Assembly (NCBI GenBank): GCA_026770705.1
Contig: JANJGN010000035.1
Coordinates: 3,844,001 to 3,908,000 of the forward strand
Direction of reading: 5' to 3'
Origin: Isurus oxyrinchus
Taxonomy: Eukaryota
Length of the DNA stretch: 64,000 nt
Numbering within the stretch: position 1 is the first letter of the stretch; every line of letters begins with the position of its first letter. This document shows, piece by piece, positions 38,631 through 51,850 of this stretch. The notes below the pieces were generated by a model, which saw only the letters and a list, made by a program, of their open reading frames with translations, had not been told where the DNA came from and ran no database searches. The position numbers and the translations under genes were made by a program.

Positions 38631-41584
38631 GTTAAATTGGACTATGTCCAATCTGAAAATTAACTGGAATTTTTTCTCCTTTATTTTGTCATCATGTACG
38701 AACAAGTAGCTGACTTCAATGAACATTCAACTGCGCATTGGTTTTCATAGCCAACTTAATCACTTACAATTATTTTTTCTCCCGTGTGCGGTTGGCATGG
38801 CCAACAACCAATGAGGTGTCTCTTTCCACGCCATTGTATTATTTGTTATGGCCGATAATACAATTGAGCGCCAATTAATGCACCAGAGTGTTCATTCTCA
38901 AATCAAGATCGAATAACTTCTTTTTTATGTTGAATACTCAATAGGTTATGAATAATTCCACCAGATTCTGGAGCAAGGTAACATAACTGAAAATCTGCAT
39001 TTTTCTTCCACGAATGCAATTGAGAGTTATCAACAATTTATGCCTTTTAATTTATACACTTTATTCGCTGTCAGGCTAAATAAAAAACATTCGTTATCAT
39101 GACTGAATGGACAATGTGTGTATAGTGCTGTTATGGATGTGGCCAACCCGGGTGAGAAGAGAAGAATGAGCAACAGGCTGTCTATAAGGCACAGGAAGAT
39201 AGTGCCAGGAGTCTCTGAGTGCACCACTTTTTCCAATCAGTATTCAGCTCTGTTCAATTTCTAAGCAGCGTAATTTGCTTGTGTTATTGGAGTGAATTTC
39301 AACTAAGTTGGCAGGAGTCTAGGAAGTCTCAGGTAAAAAACGGGAAGTTCCTTTGGGGTGCAGGAAGCATCTCGGCCAATGGGATTGCCCTCAACATTGC
39401 CACTGAAAGTAATATTTGAGGCATTAACTTTGTTCCCAAATTCCTCCCTTCTCCATCATTTTAGCCAGCTCCGGTATGATGCTGCCACCAAATACAGGTA
39501 CCCTGTCTTGTCTTTCATCATTCTCAAGGGACCGTTCCCTACACTGCACTCTAGCCCATTTCTCACTCACCCCAAGTCCCTTTCTCTTTCCCATACCACC
39601 TCTCTATGTCATCACAGTGCATACAACACCTGTACATTCATCTCAACTCTTGTCACCATACAAGGCTTCAAAAAGTCCTCCCAGGTGGATCAACTATCTA
39701 CTTATGCTTCTTTCAAATGAGTATACTCTATTGCCTTTTCACTATATGATCTCCTGTACAAAGGAGAGACCAAACATTGTCAGTTACCAATTTGTTGGAA
39801 AACTCCATTTAGCCTTGACATTGCTGGCACCGTTGGCCATTCGTAACTGCCTTTGAACTGAGTAGCTTGCCACACCATTTCAAAGGGCAGTTGAGACTAA
39901 AAACAAGATGCTGTCTGTCTGGAGTCACATGTGGGTCAGGCTGGTTAAGGGTGGCGTATTTCCTTTCATGAAGTACATGGGCCGGTTTTCAAGCGAATCG
40001 TTTCAAGGTCACCATCATTGGGACTAGGTTTTCAATTCCTGTTTGTTATTTAAATTCAAATTCCATCAGCTGTTGTGGTGGGATTTGAAATCTTGTCAAC
40101 AGAGTATTCGCCTGGGCCTCTGGATTTCTATCCGAGTGACATTAACACTACGCTTCAATCTCCTTTCGACTGATACTTTTACAGCTGATGCACAGACCTC
40201 AACCACCTTTTCAAAGTTTCAGAAGAAAAAAAAAGCATTCTGGTTCCACTGACGTTTCAAAGAATCCCTTACCGTACTGATTCCAGGTCAAATGACGTCA
40301 GAGTCTGGAATCACTGTGAATATAATCCCTATTCAGAAATCTCTGCAATCACAGATCAAGTATGAGACTCTACTTGCATTCATCATAGTGCCAATCCCCT
40401 CTGAGTCTCCCACTGTGGAATCCATACAAACACAAGCACAATTGGCTACACCATATGCTCTGTGATTTCAAACACAATGATTCACTTGTGGAGGATTTAA
40501 TACAAACCAGCACTGTGACTCACTGTGTAGAGCACTGGATAACCAGATTCAAAATAAGACATAATTTGTGACCCCCATGTCCCGACTCGAATTACAGATC
40601 CACTCTGTGAAATCCCTTGTCGAGTCTCTGCAAGCCCAGACCCACTTGGTGACCCACACTGTAGAGTGCACCTAAGTGCAGTTCAACCCTCTGACCTCTC
40701 GGTGGAGCCTCGGATATTAACGCTAACATTCAAAGTCCTGCTGAGGTGCCTCTGTAAACACAACTTTCTTCTTTACCACGTGTATTCTTTATAACTAGAT
40801 ACGCACTCATGCACATTTTCTGGCACCTATAAGTACAATATTCCCTGTTGACTGCTAGAAAGTGCAGCACAACTCAGTGACTTGCCCTGTGGCATGAGTA
40901 GAACCAACTTGTTCTGATAGACATGGTAATTAATTAACTGGGGGAATTAGGCACAATGAGGGAGACGTGCTCTTCTGGTACGATTCAGATCAAGGAATGG
41001 TCCTTCCACTGGAGCTGGAGAGAGCGAGGCCTGAGCTCTGAAATCCAGAGGCAGTAACAGGGTCCGAATGTAAGTGTTTTGCAGGTGACTTTTCATGTTT
41101 TTAATTCTTTCTTTGAACGAAGGTGGTGTTTCGAATTATGGCCAATGGAGAAACACTGTAATTTATTTATGAATTAGTTAATTTACTTGATGTAACGGAA
41201 ATGTTTGCATTTTTTTTGCAGTAAAGACTTCAGGTAATTAATTAAATGTAATGAGGCAAAGATGTTGCAGAGCTGGTTGTGTATTTGGACTGAAGAATGT
41301 GGCACTGCGTGGATGGTTTTGGGGGACGGGGACGGGCAGATCACTGCGCTGCGGCCTCCCACAAAGTAGGCGGCTCACCTTCTGGGCGACCGTTACCCGC
41401 TCAAAAATTCCTCTCGCACCAGGCGGCGAGGACCCGAGCGTCACTCCTGGTTATTTTCCTTACTCATTAGTTATGGTGCTAACCTGCACAATAACAAAGC
41501 ATCAGGAGTTGCCTTCATGTCAGATTTTCTCGGCACAGAGTCAGTGAAATAGAATTTCAGTTGTAGAAAATGAAGGAATGGGTT

Positions 41585-42040
41585 TGTGAGGAGAACCTTT
41601 CTTACCCAGAATGTGGTGGCTGTCTGGAATGTCCAGCCTGGAAGGATGGTAGAGTCAGTTTGCCTCACATCCTTTAAAATGTACCTGAAAGGGAACTTGG
41701 CACGACATGAATTTTAAGGCCATGGGCCAAGTGCTGGAGTTTAGGTGGATAGATCAGGTGTTGCTCACATTCGCTGGGCCGAAGGGCCTCTTCTACACTG
41801 TGTGATTCTGAGGAAAAACTACTTCACTCAAAGGTTTGCAAAGCTTTGGAATTCCCAACACGAGGTTTGTGGATTCTCCATCGTTTAATACGTTTAAGAC
41901 TGGGACAGTCAGATCTTTTGTTTCTCAAGGACTTTCTGGATATCGGCGGGAAAATGGACTTGAAGCCCAAGACGAGGCGGAGCAGGTTCGATGGAGCTTG
42001 TTGTCGCTCCTTGTCTTTTTCCTTGTGTTCATGTTTTCTC
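41585..42040 (+). mobile_element. CR1 3' fragments, paralog of 10574-11050
   Basis: Direct similarity beginning gtgaggagaacctttcttacccagaatgtgg. Confidence 0.75.
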
Positions 42041-45000
42041 GTGTCAAAGACTTTGATATGAGAAACTCGTAGGTGACAACTCCAGTTGTGGGCGTTCAAA
42101 ATGCAGAGTTCTTCAATGTAGGTCAGGGAGGGAATCAGGATGTACCTGTCTACTCCGAGAGTGGTGACAATGCTGACTATGTTTCCAGATGGATTAATTA
42201 GAGATTACCAAGGTAGACAGGTGCATGAGGGAGATAAGAAACTAATTCTCTGCTCATAGGATTCAAAAGCAGGGATGAAGGAACGTTTGTGCTGCAAACA
42301 TCGAAGACATAACCCAGTTGTGCCAAATCTTCCTTTAGCTTTAAGTTCTATGAATTTTTCTGTATCTTGATTATTCATCACAGCCACCAGCTATCTCGTA
42401 ATATCGGAGAAGAGGCGAACTCTTTACTACCAGCCTGATATCTGTACTTTGAAAGGTGGCAGGTCTTCCCTGTACTTGTGTAGGATTCTTCTCGCAGACA
42501 GACAAATCACTGAGGATAAGGGCAGAGATTTCTACCTGTTAAATGTATGGGTGCCCTCAATCAGGATAACAATTGTTTCATCGGAACTTAAATTATTTAC
42601 AGAAGGGGAACAGTCAATGATGACAGTCTGTTCTAACTTCGTGAGAATAAAACCCAGGTGGAATTTTCATGTTCCACCAAAGTCAATGGAATTTTGCGTG
42701 GTTTGTGACATTTTACAGACCTGCCCCCTCCGCGATGGGCTGTAAATTTCTGCCGCAGCACTTTCTACACACATATTGTTCGGTGCATACTGGGGGGAAG
42801 ATAAATAATCAGCACTAGAAAATGTTTCCAATTACGATATTACAGAAGGAAAAATTCATTGGGCAGAGGGTTAAAATGCATAAACCGCGTTGTTCTGCTG
42901 TCTATCTGCCTGTAAGCAGTAATCTGTTTCTGTAGGTGCCGATTAACAGGAGATAGAACAACATCAATTATTTCAACATTGAAAGAGTGAATTTTAAAAC
43001 CAAATAGAAATTGGTTCACATGTTTAAGTAATGATAACCAAAAGCGTGTTCTGCTAGAACTGGTGATGCTCTTTCAGATAACTTCAGGCCTATCCATAGT
43101 TCCCTTATTGCGTCGGTGATGTTCTTCACTCTGCAATTCCAAATGTGAGAATGGCGCCTCCATCATTGCTCATCTGAATGTTAAAAGCAGGGTATCCTCG
43201 TTCACTGGCCCATGCAATAAGTTAGTTACAAATTTTATAATGCCCATCTCAGTTTTGCTGTCCTGCACTCTAAGTGTGCTGTCCTGCTACTCTAAGTGTG
43301 GCTATTGAATCAATGCATTCTACATGTCACATTGAACTTTCAAGGCTTTTCTCCTGTCCCCTGGGTTTTAACATGCTCTTTTACTGTGGGCATTCAAATC
43401 AGTGATAACAGTGGATTACTTAAGCCATGCATTACAAAATATAATCAATAAATCATCTTACCCGATTTAAAAACCTGAAATACTTGCAACTTCAAAATTA
43501 ACATTCCATTAACTCAGACGAATACAAAGTTTTAAATCAATTGGGGAACCAACTTGCACTTATGTGAAGGCATTAAATGTAATACCTCCAAATAGGCAAA
43601 AGCATCATAATGTGGATAAATGTGAGGTTATCCAAATTAGTAACAACATCCAGAACTGTGTGCTACGCTTTAGGCAAAATGTGAAGGCAGTAGAGACAGT
43701 GCAGAAAAGTTTCATGAGAATGAACCCAGGAATAGGCAACTGCAATAATGTACATAGATTGGAGAAGTGGGACCTATTTTCCTTGCAGAAGAGTAGGTTG
43801 AGAGGAGATTTGATTTTGGTAATCGAAATCATGAAAACATCATAACAATGGAATCTTGAACACTCTGTTAATTATTAAGCAAAATTTAGCAATTCATTAT
43901 GTCTTTCTTCCCTCGTGAATTGTTATCTTCTTAAATTAAAGAATTATCTGCCACCTTATTCACCTATGCATGAGTTATTAACCTAATTTCACAATAATTA
44001 TACACTTATTTCAGTTTGTCAATTATTAAGGAGATTGTAAGTATTGATTCTAAGATTAATGCTGTGCCTTTTTGTATCATACCCATTATAACAATTAGCT
44101 TTCACTTTCGAAGCTGAACCCTAGTTGCAATACGCTGTTCACTTTTAACTGTATTTCTGCCTACTTTATTGTTTGTGAACTCAAATTTAACAACAGCCTG
44201 CAGCTTTGCACCGAGTTTGATCCGTGATCATGACCATTGCAATAATTAATTCATTTCAATAGTCAATGTATAAACAATAGTGTGATTGTTTCGTTATTAC
44301 CTAGCGCTTTGGTTGTCATGTGCAATGCAGTACTAACTTTAACATCATTCCACCACGTGTCAGTGATTAAGCCCAATTTAGCAATTAACCGAACATAAGT
44401 CTCCAGTGTATTGCTCTCAAAGTGAATGTCACTGATAAATGTAATTTTATTCGATGTGCCTTATTTATAAATCATACAACAACAGCAAAATATTTTTAAA
44501 CTTATAACTTGGTCTTCTTTATGCGGTGGAATTTGCATTTTAAGAATATGTTTATTCACCGGGGTTTGTTTATTTTGACCAAATGTATAACTAACTGGAA
44601 TACACACCCATTTGTGTTAGCTATCAGGTCCAAATTAACAGTTAACTGGAAAGCTATCATCTTATGCATTGGTTATCAATCCCTATATTAATGATTAACT
44701 GTAACTTTCTACCCTGCGTACTATTCATAATCTCTTTAAACAAAAAAAATCTATTCCCCGTTGTATTGCTTATCAAGCCGAGTTAAGCGTTCCTCTCTCT
44801 TAGTGCCCAAGTTCACTCGTTAAACCCACCAATGTAACAAGAAACACGTTTTCAAAATCAGTAAATAACGGAATGGATAGTGGCGGTAAAGTTGTTGTTT
44901 GTTGTATTGTTATCATTTTCAACGTATCAACCAACAGTAAATTTATTATATACAATGTAAAATTGATGGGAACTTTATTACTCCATTTTTGGTTTGTCTG

Positions 45001-45144
45001 TAGAACAAAAGTAACGGTAATTTCTTCAGCTGCGTGTGATTAAGATAATTTTACCAATTTGTAACATAACTCCCCGATGTATCTCCATCCAGATAAATAT
45101 TACAATTAACTGCAATTTTATTACTTGTTAATCAGTTTGATACT

Positions 45145-47055
45145 AAGACCATCAGACCCTAAGGCATAGGAGCAGAAATTAGTCCAATCGGCCCATCGAA
45201 TCTTCTCCACCATTCAATCATGGCTAATAAGTTTCTCAACCCCATTCTCCTGCCTTCTCCTCATAACCATTGATCCCCTTACCAATCAAAAACCTACCTA
45301 TCTCGGCCTTAAATACTCTCAATGACCTGGCCTCCACAGCCTTGTGTGCCAATGAATTCCATAGATTCACCACTCTATGGCTAAAGAAGTTTCTCCTCAT
45401 CTCTGTTCCAAAAGGTCTTCCCTTTGCTCTGAGGCCTTCCCCTGGGGTCCTAGTCTCTCCTACTAATGGAAACATCTTCCCCAAATCCACTCTATCCAGG
45501 CCTTTCATTATGCTGTAAGTTTCAATCACATCCCCCCTCATCCTTCTAAACTCCATTGAGTATAGACCCAGAGTCCTCAAACATTCCTCATATGTTAAGC
45601 CTTTCATTCCTGGGATCGTTCTCATGAACCTCCTCTGGACCCTCTCCAGGGCCAGAACACCCTTCCTGAGATATAGGGCTCACAATTGCTCACAACATTC
45701 CAAATGTGGTCTGACCAGAGCCTTATAAAGCCTCAGCAGCACATCCCTGCTTTTATATTCTAGTCCTCTTGAAATAAATGCCAACATTGCATTTGCCTTC
45801 CTAACTACGGACTCAAACTACAAGTTAACCTTAAGAGAATCCTGGACTAGGACTCCCAAGTCCCTTTGCTCTCCAGATTTCTGAATTCTCTCCCCATTTA
45901 GAACATAATTTATGCCTCTATTCTTCCTACCAAAGTGCATGACCTCACATTTCCCCAAGTTGTCTTCCATCTGCCACTTCTTTGCCCATTCTCCTAACCT
46001 GTCCAAATCCTTTTGCAGCCTCCTTGCCTCCTCATTACTACCTATCCCTCCACCTATCATTAGCAAACTTAGCCAGGATTCCCTCAGTTCCTTCATCTAG
46101 ATCATTAATGTATAAGTGAAAAGTTGTGGTCCCCACTCTGACGCCTGCGGAACTACACTAATCACCCGCTGCCATCCAGAGAAGGACACCCTTGTCCCCA
46201 ATCTCTGCCTCCTGCCAGACAGTCAATCTTCTATCCATGCTAGTACCTTGCTTCTAACACCATGGGCTCTTATCTTACTGAGCAGTCTCCTGTGTGGCAC
46301 CTTGTCAAAGGCCTTCTGGAAGTCCAAGTAGATAACCTCCATTTTCTCTCCTTTGTCTAACCTACTCGTTAACTCCTCAAAGAATACTAACAGATTTGTC
46401 AGGCATGACCTCCCCTTGATGAAAACATGCTGACTTTGCCAGATTTTACCAGGCACTTCCAAGTATTCTGAAATCCCATCCTTAATAATGGACTCTAAAA
46501 TCTTACCAACGACAGAGTTCAGGCTAATCGGCCTGTAATTTCCCACCTTTGGCCTCACTCTCTTCATAAACAGGGGGGTTACGTTATCAATTTTCCAGTC
46601 CCCTGAAACCTTCCCTGACTCCAGTGATTCCTGAAAGATCACCACTAACGCCTCCACTATCTCTTCAGCTATCTCCTTCAGAACTCTGGGGTGTAATCCA
46701 TCTTGTCCAGGTGATTTATCCACCTTCAGACCTTTCAGTTTTCCTAGCACCTTCTACTTGGTAATGGCCACCATATTCACCTCTGCCTCCCGAATCTCTT
46801 GAACTTTGGGGATGTCGCTCGTGTCTTCCACTGTGAAGACTGTCGCAAAGTACCTAATCAGTTCCTCCGCCATTTCTTTGTTCCCCACTACTACTTCTCC
46901 AGCGTCATTTTCCAGCGGAAAAATGTCCACTTTTGCCTCTCTCTTAACCTTTATATATCTAAAAAAAAATCTTGCAATCTTCTTTTATGTTCTTGGCTAG
47001 TTTACCCTCATATATAATCTACTTCCTCCTTATTTCTTTTTCAGTTGTCCTCTGG
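45145..47055 (-). mobile_element. CR1 LINE 3' part (RT)
   Basis: KSPGQDGLHPRVLKE, GRSCLTNLL, YLDFQKAFDKVPH. Confidence 0.9.
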
Positions 47056-49045
47056 TAAATTGGACAAGTAGCTGACTTCAATGAACATTAAACTGCGCAT
47101 TGGTTTTCATAGCCAACTTAATCTCTTACAATTATTTTTTCCCCTGTGTGCGGTTAGCATGGCCAACAACCAATGAGGTGTCTCTTTCCACGCCATTGTA
47201 TTATTTGTTATGGCCGATAATACAATTGAGCGCCAATTAATGCACCAGAGTGTTCATTCTCAAATCAAGATCGAATACTCAATACTTTATGAATAATTCC
47301 ACCAGATTCTGGAGAAAGGTAACATAACTGAAAATCTGCATCTTTCTTCCACGAATGCAATTGAGAATTATCAACAATTTATGCCTTTTAATTTATACAC
47401 TTTATTCGCTATCAGGCTAAATAAAAAATATTCGTTATCATGACTGAATGGACAATGTGTGTATAGTGCTGTTATGGATGTGGCCAACCCAGGTGAGAAG
47501 AGAAGAATGAGCAACAGGCTGTCTATAAGGCACAGGAAGATAGTGCCAGGAGTCTCTGAGTGCACCACTTTTTCCAATCAGTATTCAGCTCAGTACAAAT
47601 TCTTAGCAGTGTTATTTGCTCGTATTATTGGAGTGAATTTCAACTAAGTTGGCAGGGGTCTAGGAAGTTTCAGGGAAAACAGGAAGTTCGGTTGGGGTTC
47701 AGGAAGCATCTTGGCCAATGGGACTGCGCTCAGTATTGCCACTGAAAGGAATATTGAGGCATTATCTTTGTTTCCAACTTCCTCCCTTCTCCATTATTTT
47801 ATCCAGCTCCGGTATGATGCTGCCACCAAATACGGGTACCTTGTCTCGTCTTTCATCATTCTGAAGGGACCGTTCCCTCCCTTGCACTCTAGCCCATTTC
47901 TCAGTCACCCCAAGTCCCTCTCCCTTTCCCATACCACCTCTCTATGTCATCACAGTGGATACAACACCTGTACATTCATTTCAACTCTTGTCACCATACA
48001 AGGCTTCAAAAAGTCCTCCCATGTGGAACAACTATCTACTTATGCTTCTTTCAAATGAGTATACTCTATTGCCTTTTCACTATATTATCCCCTGTACAAA
48101 GGAGAGACCAAACATTGACTCAGTTACCAATTTGATGGAAATCTCTATTTAGCTTTGACGTCGCTGGCAAGTCCAACATTTATTGCCCATTCCTAACTGC
48201 CTTTGAACTGAGTAACTTGCCACACCATTTCAAAGGGCAGTTGAGACTAAAAAAATGATGCTGTGTGTCTGGAGTCACATGTGGGTCAGGCTGGTTAAGG
48301 GTGGCATATTTCCTTTCATGAAGTACATGGACCGGTTTTCAAGAGAATCGTTTCAAGGTCACCATCATTGGGACTAGTTTTTCATTTCCTGTTTGTTCCA
48401 TCAGCTGTTGTGGGATTTGAAATCTTGTTAACAGAGTATTTGCTTGGCCTTCTGGATTACTAGCCCAGTGACATTAACACTATGCCTCAATCTCCTTTCA
48501 ACTTTTTTTTTACAGCTGATGCACAGTCCTCAAAGTTCTTTTCAAAAGCATTCAGGTTCCACCGACATTTTAAAGAATTCCTTACCGTACTGATTCCAGG
48601 TCAAATAGCATCATGACTACCCGGTGGAATGACTGTGAATACAATCCTTATTCGGAAGTCTCTGCAATCACAGATAAAGTATGAGACTCCACTTGCATCC
48701 ATCATAGTGCCAATCCCCTCTGCGTCTCCCACTGTGGAATCCATATAAACACAAGCACACTTGGCTACACCATATGCTCTGTAATTTGAGACAAACACAA
48801 TGACTTACTTGCGGAGGGTTTAATACAAGCCAACACTTTGACTCACTGTGAAGAGCACTAGATAACCAGATTCAAAATAAGACATAATTTGTGACTCCCA
48901 TGTGCAGACTCGAATTACAGATCCACTCTGTGAAATCCCCTGTCGAGTCTCTGCAAGGTCAGACCCACTTGGTAACCCACACTGTAGAGTGCACCTAAGT
49001 GCAGTTCCACCCTCTGACCTCCAGGTGGACCCTCAGATATTATAT

Positions 49046-49273
49046 AAAAACAAAACAAAACTGCAGATGCTGGAAATCCAAAACAAAAACAGAATCACCT
49101 GGAAAAACTCAGCAGGTCTGGCAGCATCGCCGGAGAAGAAAAGAGTTGACGTTTCGAGTCCTCATGACCCTTTGACAGAACTCGAAGGGTCATGAGGACT
49201 CGAAACGTCAACTCTTTTCTTCTCCGCCGATGCTGCCAGACCTGCTGAGTTTTTCCAGGTAATTCTGTTTTTG
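49046..49273. mobile_element. Fold-back mini-element of two inverted PLE pLTR fragments with a 15-bp TSD
   Basis: Arms 49084-49174 and 49183-49273, 8-nt spacer, 38-nt extra tail. TSD cctcagatattatat at 49031-49045 and 49274-49288. Empty sites in the paralogs near 17195 and 40708. Confidence 0.92.
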
Positions 49274-49959
49274 CCTCAGATATTATATGCTAATATTCGT
49301 AGGTCTGCTGAGGTCTCTGTTGTGACTCCCCATGTGTATTCTTTAAAATTAGATACACACTCATACACCTTTTCTGTCATCTATAAATAAAAATATTCCC
49401 TGTTGACTGCTAGTAAGTGCAGCACAACTCTGTGACTTGTCCTGTGGCATGAGTAGAACTAACTCGGCTTGTTCTGATAGACATGGTAATTAATTAACTG
49501 GGGGAATTAGGCACAATGAGGGAGTAGTGCTCTTTTGGTACGATTCAGAACAAGGAATGGTCCTACCAATGGAACTGGAGAGAGCGAGGCCTGAGCTCTG
49601 AAGTCCAGAGGCAGTACTTGGATGAGAATATAAGTGATTTGCTGGTCATGTTTCATGTTTTTTATTCTTTCTTTGAACGAAGGCGGTGTTTCGATTTAAG
49701 GCCAATGAAAAATCAATGTAATCTATTTATGAATTAATTAGTTAATTTACTTGATGTAACAGAAATGTTTGCATTTGTTTTGCAATAAAGACTTCAGGTA
49801 ATTAATTAAATGTAATGAGGCAAAGATGTTGCAGAGCTGGTTGTGTATTTGGACTGCAGAATGTGGCACTGTGTGGATGGTTGCAACCTGCATAATAACA
49901 AAGCATCAGGAGTTGCCTTCATGTCAGATTTTCTTGGCACAGAGTCAGTGAAATAGAAT

Positions 49960-51850
49960 TTCAGTTGTAGAAAATGAAGGAATGGGTTTCATTCCTGTGC
50001 AGATTTACCTTGGACATCGGCAGACCACTGATCAAAGCATATGACATGGAAAAGGATGATTTGATTGACAGGAATCTGTGTCGCAAAAATTTCAGAGAGG
50101 TTGGGACGGGGACACACGGACATTGTTCCACTATGCAAGAGCTACTTACAATCTTTTGGTAGTACAGAACTTGAGTTGCTGGCAAAAGTGTCACGTTGAA
50201 GCTTTTCGCCCAGCACTCATCAGGACACTTCATAAGAATACCGAAGTCAGGATAAAACAGCAATTCATATTTTATATGAAGAGGGTATTGATTTGCAAGT
50301 GGACTCTGACTGGTCGAGGCGTTGCCATGGAGAATGCACCAGTGATGGTGACTGACAGTTATCTGCCAGGAATTGTTCGAAATTTGAACCAGGAAGCCTG
50401 ACCTTTATTGGTCAATATATTACCCTGTGTCAGCAAATAACTGTCACTTATGTTGTTTAGCTGGACAAGGCAAATGGTGTAGATGTCTGCAAGAATAGGT
50501 CCCTGCGTATTAATTTAGGTAGTTCCGGGACACAGAAATGTGCCACACTTTGAGCCCAACTGACAATGATAAATTGGTCGTCAGTGTAATTGTGGATTAT
50601 TTAGCAAATGTTACCCAATCACGGAAACACATGCATTGTAGGACACCGTGTTTTGAGTTTTGCAAGCTCAGGCTTGTTTGGTATGATATGTATCTTGAAC
50701 ATTGTGAACAGTGGTTGGGACATGCTGTTTGATTTGATGTGCCAGACTTTGTAATGTATGCCTTACTTACCTAGCATTACACTGGCACTGAAATTCATAT
50801 GCCACGTTAGTCATTTGTGTGATTTGCAAAATGTCTTTTAGGCTGGACTGCAGCATCCTCTTAGCGGCGAATATCATTCATTGTGTTACTACACAGTAGC
50901 AGCGTGAAACAGCTAGCTTCACATCTTGCTTACTCTTTCTTTGAGATACCCTGCATTTCCAGGTTAATCTGACGTACACTCTGCACCTTTCAGAGCTGAA
51001 AGTGTCGGCCTTAGTCATGTTCATGAGTTTGCGTGATACACAGTGCCAAATGATCAGCTCAAGGCAGCAATCGCCTTGCAGGATGCCTTTGATGCGCCCT
51101 ATTGCAGCATCAAGCTTGCATGGTGGGAAAATAGTTGTGGCCCTATTTATAAGATTACTTTTAAGACTAATCATTTGCGTAAGGAACTGTAAGAATTCCA
51201 ACATATATATTGACCAGTGAAGGTAGGCTTGTAGGACGGTGGTGGAGAACTCTATGGAAATTTGTTGAACTGGAATGTTAAGGAAGCGGAGTTCATCTGA
51301 CTGTTCCATTTCATAGGTGAATTTGAGCGAAGGATAGAACCAATTAGGCCTGATAAGAAAGTTCTTACATGCAGCTGTTGAATTAAATGCAGCAAACGTA
51401 TGATCCACATACTGGAAATATGCAGGGCGTAGGAGGTAAGGATCCGTTTCTTTGAAGAAACACTTCTCATGGAAGTCAGCAAAGATGTTTGAGACAGCTG
51501 GACCTAGGAGGGATCCCATGGCAGCAACGTCTATTTGGGCATGCATAGTGTCATAAAAACTGAACTCAACTGCGCAAGTTGCCGGATAACAAAATGCAGT
51601 GAAGCCTTCTTCAGGCCGTGTTGGCCGTTCTATATCGTCACCATATACTGATGTACCGCAAATATCTACGAATTCCTTAAGAGGAATAGTGGTGAATAGG
51701 CTAGCAATTTCAAATGTGCACATGGACACGGCATTGTTATCAATATCTGAGTCCTGTGTGGCCTTCACAAAGTTGAATGAGTCTTTGAACATGTATATGG
51801 AAAACTTGCCAACCAATCAGCACTCTCTTCACAAACAAAATAAATTGTTG
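49960..51850 (-). mobile_element. Old PLE (Poseidon-type) RT/GIY-YIG remnant, unit B
   Basis: 312-aa ORF 50878-51816 with FEIASLFTTIP, AMGSLLGPAVSNIF, YVDHTF, LKFTYEME and LRFLNI. Confidence 0.85.
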
